64,000 nt of DNA from an uncultured Acidobacteriaceae bacterium (GTDB lineage: Bacteria; Acidobacteriota; Terriglobia; Terriglobales; Acidobacteriaceae). The stretch spans positions 242,192-306,191 of the forward strand of contig CAWAWQ010000002.1 of NCBI GenBank assembly GCA_963785825.1. The letters run 5' to 3'. The notes below the pieces were generated by a model. The model searched no databases and was not told where the DNA came from. It saw only the letters and a list, made by a program, of their open reading frames with translations. Shown piece by piece: positions 9,636 through 18,779 of the stretch (positions are counted from its first letter, which is position 1; every line of letters begins with the position of its first letter). A program made the position numbers and the translations under genes.

Positions 9636-11051
9636 CTACAATCCTACCTCGTAGTAGTTCGCTCCCTCAACTGTCTTCCCTTTGAGTTCGGTAGGAACCG
9701 GTTGGTCGATCCGCAGAACGCAATGCTTTGCCAGCTGGTCCATGCGGTCCACGAGTTGAGGCAGCGGCATGTTGCCCCATCGCTTCTTGATGGCCATGGC
9801 ATGGTCCACTGGGATGAGCACGAGCTCGAGAGCCGTCATCATTTCCAGGCCCTTCTCCTTCAGGGTGGCATTGTGACTGCCATGGTGGCCCGCCTTGTAG
9901 ATCTTCACTCGCTGCAAAATGTCCGGCCCGGTAACCTTGCGGCCATCGACAGTCCAGCTCAGGTCCTGCCAGGAAAGCCAGTTGCCGACCTGCGCGTCGG
10001 CAGCAAATAGAACAACGTCGCCCGTGTCCTCGAGTTCGACTGCGAGCACCAGGCTGGTGTTGTTGGTCGCGCTGTCGAGCTGGAGCGCCAGAGTGGAAGC
10101 GGAATCGAGCCACGCGTCATCGATACGGCGCCACGACTGATCTTTTTCCCCATCTCCGGCCTGCTCTCCCCAGTAATGGTCCTGGAAAAACTTCATTTGC
10201 TGCGCTGCGGGATACGGAAGCTGGTAAGTGCGATCGAAGGGCGCGGCAGTATCGGAGTCGCTGAGCGCCGGTCCCACTCCTCCGAGGAACATGTCGGCGG
10301 CGGCAAGGCCGTAGGTTTCGGGATGGGCCGATGACGGATTGACCTTCTTGATCCGCGTCTCGTCGTGCGGGGGGCCAAGCACGTACACTCTGGCTTTCAC
10401 GCCGTCCAGTTCGATCGGCGGGTCGGTGGGATGGCAGAAGCGGATATTGGTGCTCAGCTTCTTGACGACGTTGAGCGCGTCGGTCGTTGTACCCGAACCG
10501 GCGGCGCCAAAAAACTCAAGCATGCCGGTGACAGTTTGCGCGGCGGTCGTATTTCCCGCCAGCCCCATGTGGGCCGCAGCCCCGGCCAGCGCCATACGCA
10601 GCGCCTGGTGCTGACTTCGCAGCTTGTTGGCCAAGTCGTCCTTAGGATCTTCCGTCCACGCCAGCCACACTTCGCCGAACTGCAGCTTGGAGGTGAAAAG
10701 CTCCTGCGCCTGGACAAATCCGGAAAGATGGTCCCAATGCTCATGGGTGGCGGCCAGCACGTCGATGTGACCGCCAGTCGTGTCGACGATGTCCTGCACC
10801 ACCTTCTGCATGATCGGCCCGGCATTCGAAGTTCCCAGAATGACGCCGCAGTCGATCATCAGGTAAAACGGCTTGCCACCCGCGCGCGGCAGCGTGACCA
10901 GGAAACAGTCGCCGAGTCCTTGCTTGTACATCCGCACCCTAATGCGGTCGCCGGTGCTCGGGCTCGGCTGAGGCGGCCGCGGCGGCCGACGCTTCTTCGA
11001 CGCCGTCTTCGAGTTGGCTGGCGCCTTCGCTTTGGATTTCTTAGTAGGCAT
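9636..11051 (-). CDS. MBL-fold metallo-hydrolase with Lys/Arg/Pro-rich N-terminal tail
   Basis: HEHWDH motif encoded at 10728-10745, and 'YKAGHHGSHNA' near the C-terminus. The tail is PTKKSKAKAPANSKTASKKRRPPRPP. GGAGGA lies 4 nt upstream of the ATG at 11051, and the start is 12 nt after the upstream stop. Confidence 0.8.
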   Translation of the reverse strand: MPTKKSKAKAPANSKTASKKRRPPRPPQPSPSTGDRIRVRMYKQGLGDCFLVTLPRAGGKPFYLMIDCGVILGTSNAGPIMQKVVQDIVDTTGGHIDVLAATHEHWDHLSGFVQAQELFTSKLQFGEVWLAWTEDPKDDLANKLRSQHQALRMALAGAAAHMGLAGNTTAAQTVTGMLEFFGAAGSGTTTDALNVVKKLSTNIRFCHPTDPPIELDGVKARVYVLGPPHDETRIKKVNPSSAHPETYGLAAADMFLGGVGPALSDSDTAAPFDRTYQLPYPAAQQMKFFQDHYWGEQAGDGEKDQSWRRIDDAWLDSASTLALQLDSATNNTSLVLAVELEDTGDVVLFAADAQVGNWLSWQDLSWTVDGRKVTGPDILQRVKIYKAGHHGSHNATLKEKGLEMMTALELVLIPVDHAMAIKKRWGNMPLPQLVDRMDQLAKHCVLRIDQPVPTELKGKTVEGANYYEVGL

Positions 11052-11063
11052 CTCTTCCTCCAA

Positions 11064-14000
11064 TCACACCCCGCGGTGCAACATGGCAAACGGTTCCTTG
11101 CCGGGAACACTTTGGTCGAAATAGTTTTCATACAGCGCGTAACCGGCAGCATCAAGCTGAAATCCCTGCTGGCCGGCGATGCGATCGGGATTGGCCACGC
11201 GCTTGCGCACGCAATAGCGAATGCGGCGCGTATCCAGATCGACGATGAGCGTGCAACCTCCCCGGTACGGGGTTCGGTCCGGACCATCGGCTGTCCAGCT
11301 TTGGGTGATCTCGACCACCAGGTCCATGCGCTGCTGGCCATCGGGACCGACGCGCCGCACCGGTCGTACCGAGTGGACTTCGAAGGCGGACAGATGTCCC
11401 TTCACGCCATTGATTTCACGGGTCAGGTTCTTGCCCCGGAAAAATCCCAGGGACTGGGTTGCGCTGTCGCTTACGTCGGGCGTGAGCAGCCAGTCGTGCA
11501 TCAGGCGAGCATTCTTTCTAGAGGTTTCGTAAGCGCCTTCACGATCAGCCCGCAGGTCCCAGGCAAGAGAGAGTGTCTTCTTCGGATCGCCCGACTCGAA
11601 GTCGAGGATCTTGTCGAGATTGATGTCGCAATCCGGGCCCTCCCAGCACAAACTCTCGGCGGAAAGGCTGCGCACGCCCTCGGGGTAGATGCCGCGGCGG
11701 CGAAACGCCTGAATAAAAGCGATTCGATACCCCCAGGGATCGTCGGGCACAAGGTCAAGATCGGCGGTGACCAGTGCACGTAGATATTCGCCAAAGGTCA
11801 GGTCGATTGTGGGGCAATAGTCCAGAGCGCGAATGCAAATATTCAGCACGTGATCGGCGGTCTTGCTGGCTTCGTCGGCCAGTCGATTCACCAGGTCATG
11901 GGGAATTGCTCCCGGCGGCAGAACCCCTGTGCCTCCGGTCGCCAGACGGATGAGATCGGCACTGCGGGTCTTGTAGACGGCGAGAAAGGCATCGAAGACC
12001 GCGGCCACCAGCACCGCTCCGCGATCATGCGGCTCGGTGGCATTTTGATAGTCGGTCGGCAAAGGTTTGGCGGCGTGCCATTGTCCTTTTTCATCGACGC
12101 CGCCAATCGCGCTGCGCAGTGCTCCGAACTGCCCGATGCCTTCCCCAAACTGCTGCGCCAACTCGCCCAACAGGTTTTGCTTGGCCAAGTCACCCTGGGT
12201 ACGCGCAATCTGTTGGCGCAGGGCCTCGGGCATTGTGAAGTGCTGGAACAGCGCGACAATATCGGCGAATGCCTCGTGAAACGCCAGCACGTCGGGATTG
12301 GTGGCTTCGCGGAAGCGACGATGCAGGCCATCCAGCAGCGCGTGCGTTGTCTCGTGCGCGATCACATCGTGCGACAGGCTGCAAAACACCGTGCCTCCGG
12401 GCAAGTTGTCTCCCGGGCTGCTGCCCGACGCAGGGAAATAACCCAGCAGCAGCGCCTTCTTGTCCGGGCTGTAAAACGAGTTGGCCTCGCGCATGGCATG
12501 AGGATAGATTCGTAGCCGCCGGACGTACTCCTCTTTTTCTTCCGCCGCGGGATTCCACCGCGGCGACCACAGCGCCACTCGTCCCAGAGCGTGCTCGAAG
12601 TGCTCGATGGTCTTCATGGCCACCGCGTAGCACATCTGCTGATGGAACTGCGGATTGCCCTCCGATGGCGACAGGCCATCCTGTGAGAGCAACGACGGGT
12701 GGTTCAAATCAACCGGCGCATAACAGCAGTTGCTCGCCGGATCGACATCGGCCACTTCGATGTACTCGCCGCAAGGCCCGGGTTCAAGGTTCTTCTCCCA
12801 GTCCACCGCCAGCGTCGTCTGGTTCAGGCCAACTGTTTCCAGGCGAGTGCCGAGCAGAGGATCGAACGCAAATACCCGCAGCCGTCGCGCGACGGGGCTC
12901 GGCATAGCCGGGTTCATGGCCATTGCCAAAGCGCGGTTGTCGACTGCGGCGGTAACTGGAACCGGGACGGTGGTTCGCGCTTGCTTTCTCGCGCCTCCCA
13001 GCGCCTGGCGCAGCGTCTCAGAAGCGCCCGGGGCTTCGATCAGAGCTTCAATGATCCGCGTCCGCTCAGCCGGAGCGATCTTCGCCGGATCAATTTCCGG
13101 ATCCGGCAAGAGTTGCTCGAGTTCGCGCGAGCGCTGCGTCAGTTGCAGCGCCTCGATCTCGAGCATCCGGTGTTGTGGAGTTACCGTGGCCGCCAGACCG
13201 AGACCGGTGATCACTCGCAGGAAGGGAAAGCTGGCCGAATCCTCAGGCTGTTGCTGCACAGCGGCTGCTTTTGCCGGCTGCTGCGCAAGCGCGTCGCTGG
13301 CTTGCACGATGCCTTTGCCTAACCGGTGGCCCAGATCGGAGGATGTCAGGTGCGCTGAGTCGAAGAGCGCCTTGCGTGCGGCTTCCACTCGCATCCAGCC
13401 TTGCGGATATTTATCCACCTGCGCTTTGAAGTCCTGCAGCCACAGAGCAGCCGAAGCAGCCACCTGCGGTGTGGCGGACGAGGTTCCCCGGCCATCGAGA
13501 TCGACAATGTTGGCACAACCGAATTTCGCCCACGGAGTATTGGGCGTGAACGCCGACACCGCCGTCTGCATCTTGCTATCCGGCCCGTAATTTCCCGCCA
13601 TGATGGTGAGCGGAAGATCGGCATACGGCCTGCCGTCCGCCATTACCCCACAGGCCGCAACCACCCGCTTGAAGCGCGCCGGATACACGATGTTATGCGT
13701 GGGCAGATTGCCAAAATTATTGCCGGCGGCGGTCACGATAAACACGCCGAGATCGTAGAGAGCGTTCACCGCTTCCGCCCATGCCTGCGACGCGAGCCCT
13801 CCCATGCTCATGGTGATCACGTGCACGCGATTGGGCGTGTTCCACAGGCTGTGCACGTAATCGAACGCCTTCGCGATGGCGCTGTTCTTAAACAGCACCA
13901 CTGCATTGGCAACGCGCACGGGTACAACATCGAGAAAGGGAGCACCGCCCAGCGGAACGCCGTTGACCGCGTTGCCGGCAAGCAAGCCCAGCGTGCCGGT

Positions 14001-14618
14001 GCCGTGACCGAGGTTGTTGACCAGCCCGGAAGAGTGGTCTACAGCATCGTTGGGGTCCTGGTCGTCGACGAAGTTTTTCTGCAGGTCGGTGCGAAGAAAT
14101 TTGGGCTTGGTAATGTGGTTCGGATCGTAGCCTGTATCGAAGTGCGCGATGCGTATCCGATCGGAAGGCTCCCCAATTGTGGTGCGCGCTTTCTCCAGCT
14201 CCGAATGCTTGTCGTCGCGAAACCAGAAAGGCCCAGTGCCGACGGGCAGTCGCGCGTCCGGCGGCGCGGGAGCTTGGCAACCGCCAGCCAGCCTCATGGC
14301 ATGTTGCGTAGCGGTTCCGAAGACCCATTGCTGCTCAACGTCGGGTTCGGCAAACTGAACTGGCGGCGCGCCGGCCATGCCGAGGCCGCCTTGCATCAAC
14401 TGATGGCAGAGGTCCCAGGCGTTGACTTCCTCTGCCGGAGCCTGCGCCGACATGACAAACCAATTCGGTTGAGCCGTCGCTGCCAGCCGCGGCTTCTGCT
14501 GAATGCTTTGGAATAGTGGTTCGAGGCGGAACTGCGTCTTGTTTGCGCGGAAGGCCGTTTTGGCCACAGCGCCGCTGGTTTTCACCAGCAACTGCGGCTG
14601 ATGTGTGATCGCAAACAT
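11064..14618 (-). CDS. Multidomain protease: S8 subtilisin-like domain fused to a thermolysin-like (gluzincin, HExxH...E) metalloprotease domain; no signal peptide
   Basis: S8 triad contexts are 'IAHFDTGYD' (D161), 'LGHGTGTLG' (H205), 'AAGNN' and 'GRGTSSATPQVA' (S380, codon 13479-13481). HETTH (aa 755-759) is encoded at 12342-12356, with 'FHEAFADIV' (E782) and 'EPHDRG'. GGAGG lies 6 nt before the ATG at 14618. Confidence 0.8.
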   Translation of the reverse strand: MFAITHQPQLLVKTSGAVAKTAFRANKTQFRLEPLFQSIQQKPRLAATAQPNWFVMSAQAPAEEVNAWDLCHQLMQGGLGMAGAPPVQFAEPDVEQQWVFGTATQHAMRLAGGCQAPAPPDARLPVGTGPFWFRDDKHSELEKARTTIGEPSDRIRIAHFDTGYDPNHITKPKFLRTDLQKNFVDDQDPNDAVDHSSGLVNNLGHGTGTLGLLAGNAVNGVPLGGAPFLDVVPVRVANAVVLFKNSAIAKAFDYVHSLWNTPNRVHVITMSMGGLASQAWAEAVNALYDLGVFIVTAAGNNFGNLPTHNIVYPARFKRVVAACGVMADGRPYADLPLTIMAGNYGPDSKMQTAVSAFTPNTPWAKFGCANIVDLDGRGTSSATPQVAASAALWLQDFKAQVDKYPQGWMRVEAARKALFDSAHLTSSDLGHRLGKGIVQASDALAQQPAKAAAVQQQPEDSASFPFLRVITGLGLAATVTPQHRMLEIEALQLTQRSRELEQLLPDPEIDPAKIAPAERTRIIEALIEAPGASETLRQALGGARKQARTTVPVPVTAAVDNRALAMAMNPAMPSPVARRLRVFAFDPLLGTRLETVGLNQTTLAVDWEKNLEPGPCGEYIEVADVDPASNCCYAPVDLNHPSLLSQDGLSPSEGNPQFHQQMCYAVAMKTIEHFEHALGRVALWSPRWNPAAEEKEEYVRRLRIYPHAMREANSFYSPDKKALLLGYFPASGSSPGDNLPGGTVFCSLSHDVIAHETTHALLDGLHRRFREATNPDVLAFHEAFADIVALFQHFTMPEALRQQIARTQGDLAKQNLLGELAQQFGEGIGQFGALRSAIGGVDEKGQWHAAKPLPTDYQNATEPHDRGAVLVAAVFDAFLAVYKTRSADLIRLATGGTGVLPPGAIPHDLVNRLADEASKTADHVLNICIRALDYCPTIDLTFGEYLRALVTADLDLVPDDPWGYRIAFIQAFRRRGIYPEGVRSLSAESLCWEGPDCDINLDKILDFESGDPKKTLSLAWDLRADREGAYETSRKNARLMHDWLLTPDVSDSATQSLGFFRGKNLTREINGVKGHLSAFEVHSVRPVRRVGPDGQQRMDLVVEITQSWTADGPDRTPYRGGCTLIVDLDTRRIRYCVRKRVANPDRIAGQQGFQLDAAGYALYENYFDQSVPGKEPFAMLHRGV

Positions 14619-14774
14619 TTTCCCTCCTCATCGTTGGCGACTGAGTGTTAATGACTTACTTCATCGCGTGACCGCAGTCACTGACGCTTGCCACATATCG
14701 CTGCATACTCGTTCGTGGACCAGTCTGCTGATTGCTGAGGCCGTCGTAGCTAACACGGAACCGGAATTTCGCAT

Positions 14775-14905
14775 CAGGGAAGATCAGATCAATCGGAGGC
14801 TTTGAAGGGGACGGCCTTCAGGCCCTCCGTAAGTGCCTGAAATCAAGCTGGGCTTTAGCCCCTGCGGGAACTTCGTTCGCACTTAATCAGACTCTCCTTA
14901 GCTTT
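14775..14905 (-). mobile_element. MITE-like element (TCTGATTAAGT-ended hairpin-module family)
   Basis: The reverse complement aligns along its length with the 28360 and 52548 copies (ggggctaaagcccagcttgatttcaggcacttacggagggcctgaaggccgtccccttcaaa). Confidence 0.7.
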
Positions 14906-15125
14906 GGCGCCGCCGATTGTTGGCCTCTGTATCATTTGTGCAGTTTCGCAGGCTGCAACTGGGCAGCACGTTAAATAACAAAACGCACAGATTAGCTGAC
15001 GTCTATTAGATTTGCAGTCGGATTTCAGGTGCATCTTAGCAGTATCTCGCTAGGAATAAAGTGACAAACTCGCGAAATTCAACCTGTTTTGCGTGGCACT
15101 AACGTGGACACATGAGGAGTTATCC

Positions 15126-15950
15126 ATGAGCGAGGAAACGAATCGGCAGCGCCTGGCCATACTTGGCCTGGGAAAGATGGGCAGCATCCTGATGCAGGCG
15201 TTCCGCAAGCAGAACGTCGTGCGCGCAGAAGACATTCACGCCACGGTGCAGCATCCGGAGCGCGCCGCCAGTCTGGCGGCCAAGCATGGAATCGAGGTGA
15301 CCACCGATAACCGCGCCGCCGTGGCCGATGCCGATATTGTTCTGCTCTGCGTGAAGCCGCAGGTGCTGGGCGATGTCGTGCAAAAGATCGCCGGTGCTCT
15401 CGGCGAGAACCAGCTTGTCATATCGATTGCCGCTTCAGTCCCCACCAGCTACATCGAGAAGCGGCTGCCGGAGCAGGTTCCGGTGATTCGCGCCATGCCC
15501 AACACTCCTTCGATGGTGGGCGCGGGCATGACCGGCTTCTGCTGCGGCAGCGCGGTCAAGCCGGCGCACATGGAAGTGGTGCGTCGTTTGTTCTCCACCG
15601 TTGGCGAGGTGGTGCGGGTCGATGAGAAGCACATGGACGCGGTCACCGGGCTATCGGCCAGCGGGCCAGCCTATATCTATATGGTGCTGGAATCGTTGGC
15701 TGAAGGCGGCGTGAAGATGGGCCTGCCGCGCGATATTGCGACGCAGTTGGCCGCGCAAACCGTACTCGGCTCCGCCAAGATGGTGCTGGAAACCGGCGAC
15801 CATCCAGCGCTGCTGAAAGACGCCGTAGCTACGCCGGCGGGCTGTACCGTCGATGGCATCCTCGAATTAGAAGAGGGTGGCCTGCGAGTGACTCTGATCA
15901 AGGCGGTAGTCAAGGCCTCGCAACGCGCCAAAGAGCTGTTGTTCAGCTAA
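15126..15950 (+). CDS. proC: Pyrroline-5-carboxylate reductase
   Basis: Contains the 'LAILGLGKMGS' Rossmann motif and 'GLSASGPAY...ATPAGCT' ProC C-terminal motifs. GAGGAG SD lies 7 nt before the ATG at 15126. Confidence 0.9.
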   Translation: MSEETNRQRLAILGLGKMGSILMQAFRKQNVVRAEDIHATVQHPERAASLAAKHGIEVTTDNRAAVADADIVLLCVKPQVLGDVVQKIAGALGENQLVISIAASVPTSYIEKRLPEQVPVIRAMPNTPSMVGAGMTGFCCGSAVKPAHMEVVRRLFSTVGEVVRVDEKHMDAVTGLSASGPAYIYMVLESLAEGGVKMGLPRDIATQLAAQTVLGSAKMVLETGDHPALLKDAVATPAGCTVDGILELEEGGLRVTLIKAVVKASQRAKELLFS

Positions 15951-16343
15951 CCCTCAGGACCGCCATAGGCGACAAAGCGGTGGTGACGAGGCTTTCATCC
16001 TGAGCTACGACAACAATCTCGTCGTCCTCGGGCACCGGCGGACGCTCCGACTTCATCAGCGGCCCCGGCCAATTCCGCAATGCCACTCGGCAGATCGCCC
16101 AAAACATCGGCATCGATTTCCGGTTCTGACGGATTCTGTTCGCGGCTGACAGGCGGGGTTCCGAAGGGTTCAGCAGCAGCAGACCCACTTCGGAACAGAA
16201 CCCGTCATTTCGCCCATACAGCCAATTTCGCGCTTTCGAATTGCAAAGAACGCGAGTAGAATCCCCCAGTCTGATTGCAACAACTGAGCGGGAGCGAGTG
16301 GCCCTGCTGCGCTCTTGCCGCTGCTGCGAGGACGAGGTTCACG

Positions 16344-16655
16344 ATGTTTGGACGCAATGCCTTCTTTCGCCTGAAATCCATCGACCGCGCTTCTGAATTC
16401 AAGCAGACCTTCCAGGAGGAGGTTTTGCCGTTGCTTCGCAAGCAAAAGGGTTTCGTAGGCGAAATCATCCTGGCCAATCCCGGAAGCCTGGAGAAGCTGA
16501 CCATCAGCTTGTGGGAAAACAGCGCCGATGCTGCGGCTTACGAGCGCAGCATCTATCCGCAGGTGTTGAAGATCCTCGCCAAGACGATTGATGGAACTCC
16601 CAAAGTTCGCACTTACGAGTCTGCCACCCTCACCCTGCACAATGGCGCGACCTAA
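16344..16655 (+). CDS. Small ABM/Dabb-like (antibiotic biosynthesis monooxygenase fold) protein
   Basis: 103 aa, MFGRNAFFRLKS...GFVGEIILANPGSLEKLTISLWENSADAAAYE. The ferredoxin-like pattern is only a weak family call. Confidence 0.45.
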   Translation: MFGRNAFFRLKSIDRASEFKQTFQEEVLPLLRKQKGFVGEIILANPGSLEKLTISLWENSADAAAYERSIYPQVLKILAKTIDGTPKVRTYESATLTLHNGAT

Positions 16656-16661
16656 ACCGCA

Positions 16662-17774
16662 TTAAGGAACTGTCGCCATTGAGAGAAGATCCGAGGACAA
16701 ACTCCGGGCCTGCTCCTCGCCGCGAAGTACCCGCAAGACGCCTTCCGTCAGCGCCTGCAACTCGTCTTCACCCGGATAGGTCACAACCGGTGCGATCCAA
16801 CTGACGTGCTGTGTCATCTGCGCAACCAGGCGCTCGGAATGAGCCATGCCGCCGGTAAGCAGCAGGGCGTCTACACGCCCGCAGAGGACCGCCGCCATCG
16901 CTCCAATTTCCTTCGCGATCTGGTAGACCATGGCATCGAAGACGATCTCCGCCTGCTTGTCGCCGGATGCAATCCGCTGTTCGACCGCAATGAGATCTTT
17001 CGTGCCGAGGTAGGAGTACAGCCCGCCCTCGCGGAACAGCAGCGTCTCCACCTGATTGTGGGTGTACTTGCCGCTGAAGCAGAGGTCGACCAGTTGCATG
17101 ATGGGAACGCCGCCGGCGCGCTCGGTGGAGAACGCGCCTTCTTCGCGAGAGTTGGTGACCTCCACCATGCGGCCGTTTTCATGCCCTGAAACCGAAATCC
17201 CGCTGCCCAGATGGGCGACGATCAGCCGCAGCGATTCATACGGCTCGGCGCGCTCGCGCGCGAACCGTTTGGCCACCGCCTTGGAATTCAGCGCGTGCGA
17301 TAAGCACTGCCGCTCCAGCAGCGCCGATCCCGACAGACGGGCGCGCTCGGGCCATTCGTCTACGCTTACCGGATCGACAATGTAGGCCTGTGCGCCGGCC
17401 TTTTCTGCAATGCTGTGCGCCAGAAAGGCGCCGAGATTCGAAGCGTGCTCTCCCCGCCGGGCCACGCGCAACTCCTCGAGCATTGCTTCGTCTACTTCAT
17501 AGGTACCGCTGGGCAGGGGAGGCAGCAATCCCCCGCGTCCGACCACCGCATGCAGGTCACGCACGTCATGGCCGGCCGCGCGCAGGACCGATTCGATCTG
17601 CTCAGAGCGAAACTGCTGCTGATCGAGGATGGGGCGTCCGCGGAACTGCGCCATCTCTTCGTCGCTGTGCCGAATATTCTTGATGAACTCGGGGCGCTCG
17701 TTCACGAACAGAGCGCACTTGGTCGAAGTGGAGCCGGGATTGATGGCGAGAATCCTGAATTCACCGAGCGGCAA
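16662..17774 (-). CDS. buk: Butyrate kinase
   Basis: 370 aa of the ASKHA kinase family. 'ILAINPGSTSTKCALF' and overall colinearity match butyrate kinases. Confidence 0.9.
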   Translation of the reverse strand: MPLGEFRILAINPGSTSTKCALFVNERPEFIKNIRHSDEEMAQFRGRPILDQQQFRSEQIESVLRAAGHDVRDLHAVVGRGGLLPPLPSGTYEVDEAMLEELRVARRGEHASNLGAFLAHSIAEKAGAQAYIVDPVSVDEWPERARLSGSALLERQCLSHALNSKAVAKRFARERAEPYESLRLIVAHLGSGISVSGHENGRMVEVTNSREEGAFSTERAGGVPIMQLVDLCFSGKYTHNQVETLLFREGGLYSYLGTKDLIAVEQRIASGDKQAEIVFDAMVYQIAKEIGAMAAVLCGRVDALLLTGGMAHSERLVAQMTQHVSWIAPVVTYPGEDELQALTEGVLRVLRGEEQARSLSSDLLSMATVP

Positions 17775-18693
17775 AGATCACCCCCAGTGCGATCGAGTTC
17801 ACCTTGTCGTCTACGCTCTCGACTCGCGACGGAATCAGTATGGGGACCTGAGCGCCAACCACGACGTGGGCGCACTGCGAGCCGCCTAGGTACTTCACCG
17901 ATTTGCCAAGCAGATTCCCGGCCTCAATATTGGGAACGATCATGCAGTCGGCATGACCGGCTACCGGGCTTTTGATGCCTTTTTCCCGTGCCGCCGATGC
18001 CAGCAGCGCGCAGTCGAGCGCCAGCGGCCCGAACACTTCGGCATCTTCGAACTCGCCGGCTTGGCCCATTTCCGTGAGAAACTTGGCATCGACGCTGGAT
18101 GGTACCGACTCGCTCACTGCCTCGGTGGCGCTCATGATCGCGATCTTGGGGCGCTCCAGTCCCAGACAGCGCATGACCTCAATAGCGTTCTCTACGATCT
18201 GCTTTTTCTGCTCCAGGTTCGGCGCGACATTCAGTCCGCCATCGCTGATGCCCACCAGGCGCGGCTCGCCCGCCAGCATGTCTTCGTACAACAGCACGTC
18301 GCTGAGCAAGCGTCCGGTCCGCAGGCCATAGGTCTTGTCGAGCACCGCGCGCAGGAGTTCGTCGGTGCGCAGGTGGCCCTTCAGCAGGACGTCCACCTTG
18401 CCGTTGCGCGCCAAGTTCACTGCTACGGCTGCGGCGTTATCGGTATTGACGAAGTCAGCTCCGGAGATCAACTCACCCAGCCCAAGTATTTCCGCTTTTG
18501 CACGAATGGCTGATTCGTTGCCGATCAGGACCGGGAGCGCGATTCCGAGTCGCAAAGCGGCGTCGGCTGCCGTTAAGGCGACTTCGTCGTCGGCAACCAC
18601 GACCGCAAGCCGCCGCGGCCCGAGCGGCTGCGCACAGGCGCGAAGTTCAGCGAGACTTGCTACGGCTCTGGTTTGCACAGTAGGCATGGACAT
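17761..18693 (-). CDS. ptb: Phosphate butyryltransferase / phosphate acyltransferase (PTA_PTB family)
   Basis: 310 aa with 'VLLKGHLRTDELLRAV', 'MIVPNIEAGNLLGK' and related motifs. Overlaps the buk start by 14 nt. Confidence 0.85.
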   Translation of the reverse strand: MSMPTVQTRAVASLAELRACAQPLGPRRLAVVVADDEVALTAADAALRLGIALPVLIGNESAIRAKAEILGLGELISGADFVNTDNAAAVAVNLARNGKVDVLLKGHLRTDELLRAVLDKTYGLRTGRLLSDVLLYEDMLAGEPRLVGISDGGLNVAPNLEQKKQIVENAIEVMRCLGLERPKIAIMSATEAVSESVPSSVDAKFLTEMGQAGEFEDAEVFGPLALDCALLASAAREKGIKSPVAGHADCMIVPNIEAGNLLGKSVKYLGGSQCAHVVVGAQVPILIPSRVESVDDKVNSIALGVIFAAR

Positions 18694-18779
18694 AATGAAT
18701 ATCGTCGCCCAGAGGACCCCGGCGTTTCAGTGAGGTTGATCACAAAGCTTGCAACAACAGCTTTCAATCGGCGTGCATG

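Noticed and set aside
10365-11783. 472-aa plus-strand ORF spanning the MBL/protease junction. Similar long antisense ORFs occur at 13401-14516, 12730-13590, 22698-23888, 32672-33883, 53027-54115, 61325-62032, 41385-42158 and 58804-59460.
   Set aside because: All are mirror-frame ORFs opposite confidently identified genes. They have no start context and no recognisable domains.
15943-16188. 81-aa minus-strand ORF downstream of proC
   Set aside because: It overlaps the proC 3' end and has no SD or recognisable motif. Evidence is insufficient to call it a gene.
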